Shown here in pieces: positions 17,943 to 23,072 of a DNA stretch of 23,072 bases (position 1 is the first letter of the stretch; each line of letters opens with the position of its first letter). Position numbers and translations under genes: made by a program. The stretch is from IMG/VR virus record IMGVR_UViG_3300023179_000063; one strand, 5' to 3'. The notes beneath the pieces were generated by a model. It did not search any database. It saw only the letters and a program-made list of their open reading frames with translations, and was not told the origin of the DNA. The stretch comes from an uncultured virus (IMG/VR IMGVR_UViG_3300023179_000063) (Duplodnaviria > Heunggongvirae > Uroviricota > Caudoviricetes > Crassvirales).

Positions 17943-18713
17943 TCAGTGTATTTCTACAAAGCTTGGCTGCTGATTGTCTGCTTCCAGAGTTTCCAGCAAT
18001 TCACAGGGTTTAACATCTTTAATAGATGTGGCCATAATTTCTATTACTTTATTTTTATTAATACAATTATTAAAAGCTTCTGTATATCCTCCAAATTTAG
18101 GTCCTATATATTTATTATTTTTAAACATATTAATAATATATTGTTCTAAATAATAAGCTTTATATAGTGGTAAATTTAAAACATTTAAAACTTCTACTGC
18201 TAAAGAACCAAATCTTGATTTTATATATCTTCCTTTATAAAGACCTATTTTATAAGCATTTACTGTTGGTAAATAAACAAAATATAATTTATAAGGTGTA
18301 TGTGGTGTTCTTAAAACTGTTGTTTTATTTATACCCTTATTATCTTTATAAAAGTTGTTACATATACCGCATTTGTAAATATCATGCAATCTTCTATTGT
18401 ATAATGTATTACAATTATTACATTTATATTTGATACATGTTAAATAGTTTACATATAGAGATAATGCTGTAAAATTATATTTTAAACATAATTTTTTAAG
18501 TCTAAATTCATGATAAGATGTTGTATTTCTAGTAGGAATTTTATTTCTTTGTCTAAGTCCACTCCAAGTTGCTTTTGTTAAAAAACCTGAAGTTTTGTGT
18601 TTAAACAAAAGATAAGTTTTTGCATCTTTATATTCATTTATCCATTCAAAATCTTGATTATCAGCAATTTGCTTAATTGTATTAATAATTTCTTCTTTAG
18701 TAAAATTTTTCAT
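17943..18713 (-). CDS. Intron-encoded putative homing endonuclease: N-terminal repeats/zinc ribbon, C-terminal GIY-YIG-like (T5orf172-type) domain
   Basis: CNNC/CGIC; LYFV..YKIG..R..LEQ..GYTEAF; ATG at 18713 preferred over TTG at 18719, which lies inside the promoter box. Confidence 0.75.
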   Translation of the reverse strand: MKNFTKEEIINTIKQIADNQDFEWINEYKDAKTYLLFKHKTSGFLTKATWSGLRQRNKIPTRNTTSYHEFRLKKLCLKYNFTALSLYVNYLTCIKYKCNNCNTLYNRRLHDIYKCGICNNFYKDNKGINKTTVLRTPHTPYKLYFVYLPTVNAYKIGLYKGRYIKSRFGSLAVEVLNVLNLPLYKAYYLEQYIINMFKNNKYIGPKFGGYTEAFNNCINKNKVIEIMATSIKDVKPCELLETLEADNQQPSFVEIH

Positions 18714-18716
18714 ATA

Positions 18717-18747
18717 CAAATATAATAAATTTTTACATAAAGGTCAA
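18717..18747 (-). promoter_or_regulatory. Intron-internal Bacteroidota-type promoter
   Basis: TTG (18747-18745), 20-nt spacer, TATATTTG (18724-18717), 3 nt before ATG. Confidence 0.68.
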
Positions 18748-18768
18748 GTGTAATAGTGACATTTATTT

Positions 18769-19024
18769 AGCCAATATCATAAGTTATAAACTTTTCATGT
18801 GTTTGATTAGGTTTATCTACATTTGTAAAATAAGAATGGTTATTAATAGCTGTAAGAATATCTTCTGTATTAGTAGCTATTGATAACCCTTCATATTTAT
18901 TTCTTTTCATATAACAATAAGAACAATTAAACATACAACCATGTCCAAAACTAGGACTAATAAAATCTGTACTTCTACCTGATGGTCTAATAAGCATAGA
19001 TTTTCTTATAACTTTTTCAATCAT
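18769..19024 (-). CDS. splB: Spore photoproduct lyase-like radical SAM protein, exon 1
   Basis: GCMFNCSYCY radical SAM CxxxCxxC; ends YDIG plus first base of the Cys codon. Confidence 0.88.
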
Positions 19025-19427
19025 ATTTTATTTCTTTTTTGTTTTGTTCAAACCATTGAGTAAAAATATCTTTAGTTGATTTAGAAGTTTGCATACTTGA
19101 ATTAAATTCTTCTTGAAAATAAAAATGTGCAAAACTAATTAAATCTTCCTCACTATACATTCTTTCTTGTTGCCATTTAGCACCAGCTATAAAAAAGGCT
19201 CTTTGTGAAAATGTAGATAAATCATCTCCTTTAATATAATCTCTTGCAGCTTCTTCAAGTGTTTCTTGTTTAGGTTCTAATGCACCTTTCAAAGACATAT
19301 AGTTTTTAGCTCTTTGTTTAGCTTCTTCTGACACTTCTAATGGTCCACAATCACAATATGTTGTGTGACCACAATAACATTTTATTTGTTTAGGTTCTTC
19401 TTTTGGTAATATATGTATGTTTTTCAT
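19017..19427 (-). CDS. Hypothetical modular phage protein (start moved to MKNIHILP)
   Basis: EPKQ repeats, KQETLEEAA, GAKWQQERMYSEE; ATG follows the upstream stop at 19429. Confidence 0.65.
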   Translation of the reverse strand: MKNIHILPKEEPKQIKCYCGHTTYCDCGPLEVSEEAKQRAKNYMSLKGALEPKQETLEEAARDYIKGDDLSTFSQRAFFIAGAKWQQERMYSEEDLISFAHFYFQEEFNSSMQTSKSTKDIFTQWFEQNKKEIKYD

Positions 19428-19428
19428 A

Positions 19429-19590
19429 TTAAATATCTCCATATTCATTATTATTATTCATTACAGTTTCAATCATATTTTGATGTTCTTCTGATTGTCT
19501 TTCATCTTCTAATTCTTCAATAGCTTTTAATTCACATTCATTGTGTGGTTTACACCACCAAGGAGTTTTACAATCTTTGCATAATTTCAT
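19429..19590 (-). CDS. 53-aa Cys-rich protein missing from the track (MKLCKDCKTPWWCKPHNECELK...)
   Basis: Hand-translated; fills the gap with tight junctions. Confidence 0.6.
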   Translation of the reverse strand: MKLCKDCKTPWWCKPHNECELKAIEELEDERQSEEHQNMIETVMNNNNEYGDI

Positions 19591-19744
19591 CTTCTTCTAT
19601 TTCAATTGTTTCTTTATTATCGTGTTCAATAAAAAGCATAGCATCAGAAACCATTTCTATTCCATATTTATTAATTAAATCATCAATAGGTAATGATTTC
19701 TTTAATGCTATGCTTAATTCTAAAATAACTTCATTTATTCCCAT
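19568..19744 (-). CDS. 58-aa hypothetical protein missing from the track (MGINEVILELSIALKK...)
   Basis: Hand-translated; overlaps both neighbours. Confidence 0.6.
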   Translation of the reverse strand: MGINEVILELSIALKKSLPIDDLINKYGIEMVSDAMLFIEHDNKETIEIEEDEIMQRL

Positions 19745-20145
19745 ATTATTTCATGTTCGTCTAAAAATTTACAAAGTTCAGTATAAGTTTCTAATTCTTT
19801 ACCCCAAAATTCTTTTTTTCTATGATGAATTGCTACAGAATGATGTCTTTCTTGATTATATAATTTTCTATAAATATTAGATACAGTAAAACCTTTTATT
19901 CCATTATCTAATACCCATTTTACTAAATTACCTTTAACATGAACAATAAGATTAGATTTTCTTTCTCTAGATTTTAAAGGTTTTATAAAATCATAATAAT
20001 TAACATTATATATATAAGCAACATTTTGAAACAATTCTTCTTTTGTAATTACTTTAAAATTTTCTTTGTATAAAATATAATCAGGTAATAAATCTATTTT
20101 TTTACTTACTAATATATAATTTATAAATTTTTCTACATCGTTCAT
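19735..20145 (-). CDS. DNA-binding protein with DnaA C-terminal-like HTH
   Basis: KSRERK..FTVSNI..RHHSVAIH resembles DnaA domain IV RDHTTVLH. Confidence 0.55.
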   Translation of the reverse strand: MNDVEKFINYILVSKKIDLLPDYILYKENFKVITKEELFQNVAYIYNVNYYDFIKPLKSRERKSNLIVHVKGNLVKWVLDNGIKGFTVSNIYRKLYNQERHHSVAIHHRKKEFWGKELETYTELCKFLDEHEIIWE

Positions 20146-21389
20146 ATTAATTTTTGTTTATCCATTTCTATAATTTGATATATTTGTTCTATTGAATTAA
20201 GTTTTAATACATTTTTTTGTCCTTTAAGAGAGTTGTCTAACCATCTAGCATCTTGTGTATCAGGAACATATAATTCAATAAAATAAGCTATTTTGCCTTC
20301 ATATTTTCTTAAACAACGACCTAAAGTTTGAGTAGCTCTGAGTGCTTTTGAAGTTCTAGACCAAGTTACACCTAATTGAAGATTAGGTAAATCAAAACCT
20401 GCTTCTAAACCTTTAGCTGAAGATATATATTTAACTTTAGTTCTACCGTCTTTAAGTTTTTTAAGGTTTTCTTTAAGTTGTTTAGCACTAAGTTTAGAAT
20501 GATATTCAACACATTCTTCTCCTAATTCATTAGATATTTTATCAGCACCTGCAATAGATTGACCAAATAAAATACTTTGCATACCTAAAGTTTTAGTTAT
20601 TTCAATAGCAGCATTTATTTTAGATTCAATATGATATAAAAATTCTTTACGAAGCCTCATATTTCTATTCCAAGACATAGTAGCTACAGTTACTCTTTCT
20701 ACTTGCCAATTAAGTTTATTAGCTAAATCTTGTCTTGCTGTTTTATCTACAACACATTTCATTGCTAAATCAAAATCAAAATTAAACATAGCAAAATGCT
20801 TATTAAATTCTTTGTGCATTTTGTCATATCTTTCTCTATCAATTTCTGATAATTCTATTGGTACACATAATATTTTATATGGACTTAACCATCCATTATT
20901 TACAGCTTCATCAGCTGTTAATTTACTGATACAATTGATATTACGTTTATGTAGAAATTCTTTATGTTCTTTTTCTAATGTAGCTGAAAGACATAATATC
21001 CAATTAAACTTAGTTTTATCAATAACAGTATTAAAATATTTACTTTTAGCACCAGTAGCTGTATGTACTTCATCTATTACTAATAAAGCACAATCATGTA
21101 CAGATTTAACATAAGTATTTATAACATAAACATTTACGTTTTTAAGATTATGAATTTTAATATGGCCTTTCTTTTCATCAGTCCAAGCTTCAGCTAAAAC
21201 ATTTGTAGGAACAACAACATTAATTTGTTTATCTGAATGTCTTTCATTACATAATTTAATTGCTAAACAAGCAAGATAAGATTTACCTGTACCTGTTGCC
21301 CATTCAAAATATCCTTTAGCTCCAGATTTAACCCATTTTTCTATATCAGAAGTTTGTTTTAATGTTCTATCACTTGTTTTATTTATCAT
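20142..21389 (-). CDS. Superfamily 2 DExH helicase
   Basis: ATGTGKS, IDEVH, LSAT, GFDLP, QTLGRCLR. Confidence 0.92.
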   Translation of the reverse strand: MINKTSDRTLKQTSDIEKWVKSGAKGYFEWATGTGKSYLACLAIKLCNERHSDKQINVVVPTNVLAEAWTDEKKGHIKIHNLKNVNVYVINTYVKSVHDCALLVIDEVHTATGAKSKYFNTVIDKTKFNWILCLSATLEKEHKEFLHKRNINCISKLTADEAVNNGWLSPYKILCVPIELSEIDRERYDKMHKEFNKHFAMFNFDFDLAMKCVVDKTARQDLANKLNWQVERVTVATMSWNRNMRLRKEFLYHIESKINAAIEITKTLGMQSILFGQSIAGADKISNELGEECVEYHSKLSAKQLKENLKKLKDGRTKVKYISSAKGLEAGFDLPNLQLGVTWSRTSKALRATQTLGRCLRKYEGKIAYFIELYVPDTQDARWLDNSLKGQKNVLKLNSIEQIYQIIEMDKQKLI

Positions 21390-21399
21390 AATTTTTATA

Positions 21400-21597
21400 T
21401 TATTCAGGTTTAGTAGGTAAAAACCAATGAGTTACATTTGTAAGCATTGTAGAACGAAATTCATCTTCTTGAAGAAGAAACCATTCATTATTTTCTAAAT
21501 AGGCTTCTTGCCAATTTTGACCATATTTAGCATTATTCCAAACAACTACTATTTCACCTTCTTTAGGTAATTTATCTTTTACATTTATCCAATTCAT
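21400..21597 (-). CDS. DUF551-like phage protein
   Basis: MNWINVKDKLP...VTHWFLP..P. Confidence 0.8.
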   Translation of the reverse strand: MNWINVKDKLPKEGEIVVVWNNAKYGQNWQEAYLENNEWFLLQEDEFRSTMLTNVTHWFLPTKPE

Positions 21598-21602
21598 AAT
21601 TT

Positions 21603-21689
21603 TTATTCTCCTAATATTTTATGAAACATTTTTATTAAATATGGTTTTATTATTTCCCATATTATTATTGTTAAAATTATTATTATCAT
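21603..21689 (-). CDS. Possible 28-aa membrane peptide (MIIIILTIIIWEIIKPYLIKMFHKILGE)
   Basis: Fills the gap between terminator and DUF551 gene; low-complexity AT-rich DNA. Confidence 0.35.
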   Translation of the reverse strand: MIIIILTIIIWEIIKPYLIKMFHKILGE

Positions 21690-21701
21690 ATATTTATAAA
21701 T

Positions 21702-21730
21702 AAAAAAAAGGAAGCTGCATCTTCCTTTTT
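21702..21730 (-). terminator. Intrinsic terminator downstream of the tmRNA, possibly bidirectional
   Basis: AAAAAGGAAG-ATGCAG-CTTCCTTTTTTTT on the minus strand. Confidence 0.75.
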
Positions 21731-21787
21731 AACCCTTAATTTAAACAATTTATTATGAAATTTCCTATTATGCAGAATAGGTTTTTG

Positions 21788-22143
21788 TGGAGCATAGGGG
21801 AGTCGAACCCCTGTCCAGTTAGCTGCTGAATAACAACTTAACTACGAATAATAGATTATTTATTTCTTCTATAAAAGAAAGGGCTGACCGATAAAAGTCA
21901 ACTATCACCAATTAGTTTTAAGTTCTAATAAACTTAGCTTATTACTAAGCTGCAATCAACATTTCTTCTTCTTGTCTAATTAAGTTGAAGATTTTTGCTT
22001 CTACTGCATCAGCAAAATTCCTAGAATTTTCTGATATTGTATTTGTTTTGTCGTTTATTTTTTGATATACATTTACAAGTATAATATCATCCTTGTCGTA
22101 ATTGTTATTTGGCTGAACACTCCTGTCAATACCTAGATGCCCC
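21788..22143 (-). ncRNA. ssrA: tmRNA (transfer-messenger RNA), CCA end not encoded
   Basis: Acceptor GGGGCAT/ATGCTCC with G3-U wobble and discriminator A; GGTATTGAC D-loop analogue; T arm AGGGG-TTCGACT-CCCCT after GGAC; helix 2 AATAACAA/TTGTTATT; pseudoknot 1; tag frame ending LIAA TAG TAA TAA; 356 nt. Confidence 0.95.
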
Positions 22144-22244
22144 AATTTTATTAATTAAATAATGTTTGTTTCAAAAAGTTTTGTATTTAACAAATTAGTA
22201 ATTTTTTTAAATGATTAATAATTGTAATTAACTTGTTATAAGAT

Positions 22245-22400
22245 CTCCTTACACACCATGAACATTATTTATGGATTTATAAACCATAGAATCCTAACTA
22301 TGCTGACTACGATTCAGTTAATAAAGTGTGCAATTACATTCTAAATCTTATGTTTATGTAATTTAAGCATATTAAGCTTTCGATTCATACGTCTATGACT
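22245..22400 (-). ncRNA. Candidate structured non-coding RNA
   Basis: No credible ORF; five or six adjacent or nested stems. Confidence 0.35.
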
Positions 22401-22402
22401 AA

Positions 22403-22654
22403 TTATTCTGCATTTAATACTTGAAGTTGTTTTACTGCTTCTTCAGCTAATGCTAATCTATCAACTACTTCATCGTCTAATTGATTTAACATTTCACTAA
22501 AAAACTCATAATTTCTATAATAAACATCAACTTTAGTTTTTGCAATATTACGAAATAATTTTAATTCTTCATTGCTTAACTCATTGAAAGACTTTAAAGT
22601 ACCATCTTTAAGTTTCCATTTTAATTCTTTGTGTTCGTTTACTGGCAGATTCAT
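22403..22654 (-). CDS. Hypothetical protein
   Basis: 83-aa ORF. Confidence 0.65.
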   Translation of the reverse strand: MNLPVNEHKELKWKLKDGTLKSFNELSNEELKLFRNIAKTKVDVYYRNYEFFSEMLNQLDDEVVDRLALAEEAVKQLQVLNAE

Positions 22655-22658
22655 AATA

Positions 22659-22916
22659 TTAATTTAAATATTGATTGTGAATGATTGTAATAACTTTACC
22701 TTTTTTATGATTATAAACTTGTTGAACAAAAGGTCTATAAACTAAATGACTACCAGGAGCACAATGTTGATGTAATGAAACACCATGTAAAGGATTGTTT
22801 TCTGATTTTTGAAGTAATTTTCTTCTTTGTTGACGATTAGGAAATGTAGATATTGCATCTCCTGTTTGAGTTTTTGTACCATTTTCATCAAAATGGTTTT
22901 TAATTGGTTGATTCAT
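22659..22916 (-). CDS. Hypothetical protein
   Basis: 85-aa ORF with NRQQRR motif. Confidence 0.65.
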   Translation of the reverse strand: MNQPIKNHFDENGTKTQTGDAISTFPNRQQRRKLLQKSENNPLHGVSLHQHCAPGSHLVYRPFVQQVYNHKKGKVITIIHNQYLN

Positions 22917-22939
22917 AATATTTTATATTTTTAAGGGTT

Positions 22940-22969
22940 AAAAATAATAGGGAGATTTCTCTCCCTATT
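22940..22969 (-). terminator. Intrinsic terminator
   Basis: AATAGGGAGA-GAAA-TCTCCCTATT followed by ATTTTT, 5 nt after a stop codon. Confidence 0.82.
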
Positions 22970-22974
22970 TAAAA

Positions 22975-23072
22975 TTAAAATGCTTCAACAGCAGCAATTG
23001 TTTGTGCAGCAACTAATAAAATTTTACCACTTGCTTTAAATACTGCTTCTGGTGTTTCACCATCTAATACTA
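22975..23072 (-). CDS. 3' end of an upstream gene (...VLDGETPEAVFKASGKILLVAAQTIAAVEAF*)
   Basis: Open frame from the window edge to TAA at 22975, followed by a terminator. Confidence 0.65.
   Translation of the reverse strand, partial: VLDGETPEAVFKASGKILLVAAQTIAAVEAF

Larger units (their letters stand above)
17775..18768 (-). mobile_element. Group I intron (994 nt) carrying a homing endonuclease ORF
   Basis: P AATTGCTGGAAA (18001-17990), Q AATCAGCAGC (17975-17966), R GTTCAACGACTA (17940-17929), S GATATAGTC (17852-17844); P3 CCCTGT/GCAGGG; P7 GACTA/TAGTC; 5' splice after U paired with IGS GGCCA; terminal G at 17775; splicing restores the frame. Confidence 0.92.

Noticed and set aside
17143..19024. 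Lyase as a pseudogene or two separate genes
   Set aside because: A full group I core and an exact frame-restoring junction explain the split
1263..21114. All plus-strand ORFs and the minus-strand 7286-7480 ORF
   Set aside because: They overlap well-supported minus-strand genes or the intron and show no motifs
21788..21820. tRNA gene suggested by the TTCGA arm
   Set aside because: No anticodon arm; the matching acceptor strand is about 350 nt away, as in tmRNA
21945..22145. 66-aa ORF in the track as an ordinary protein gene
   Set aside because: It starts at TTG across the tmRNA 5' end; only 22052-21945 is meaningful, as the tag frame
21731..22939. AACCCTTA next to two terminators in opposite orientations
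   Set aside because: Only two copies of a short word, in non-equivalent positions
1..23072. Stop-codon reassignment as in some crAss-like phages
   Set aside because: Long genes are intact in the standard code and TGA serves as stop in ATGA overlaps
1..23072. CRISPR array or long tandem repeats
   Set aside because: None seen; the repeats at about 7080-7460 are NUMOD3-type protein repeats

Overview
Very AT-rich, densely packed phage DNA with every credible gene on the minus strand. TTG-N20-TAnnTTTG promoters point to a Bacteroidota (Flavobacteria-like) host, and the gene set resembles the replication module of crAss-like phages (inference). Replication genes: family A DNA polymerase, DnaG-type primase, DnaB-like helicase, SSB, single-strand annealing protein, RusA-like resolvase, SF2 helicase and a split Prim-Pol. 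Elements the ORF track does not show: (1) a complete tmRNA gene (21788-22143) with an apparently 35-codon tag; (2) a 994-nt group I intron splitting a spore photoproduct lyase-like radical SAM gene inside the codon of its conserved Cys, with an endonuclease ORF that starts in the P1 loop and runs through the ribozyme core; (3) an AAA+/vWA/unknown/nucleotidyltransferase module with a terminator-like hairpin inside the NTase gene; (4) small proteins sharing a C-terminal DY(S/T)YLI tail, one carrying a 34-nt 82% GC patch; (5) a structured non-coding region upstream of the tmRNA. All protein calls come from motif recognition by eye, not database searches.
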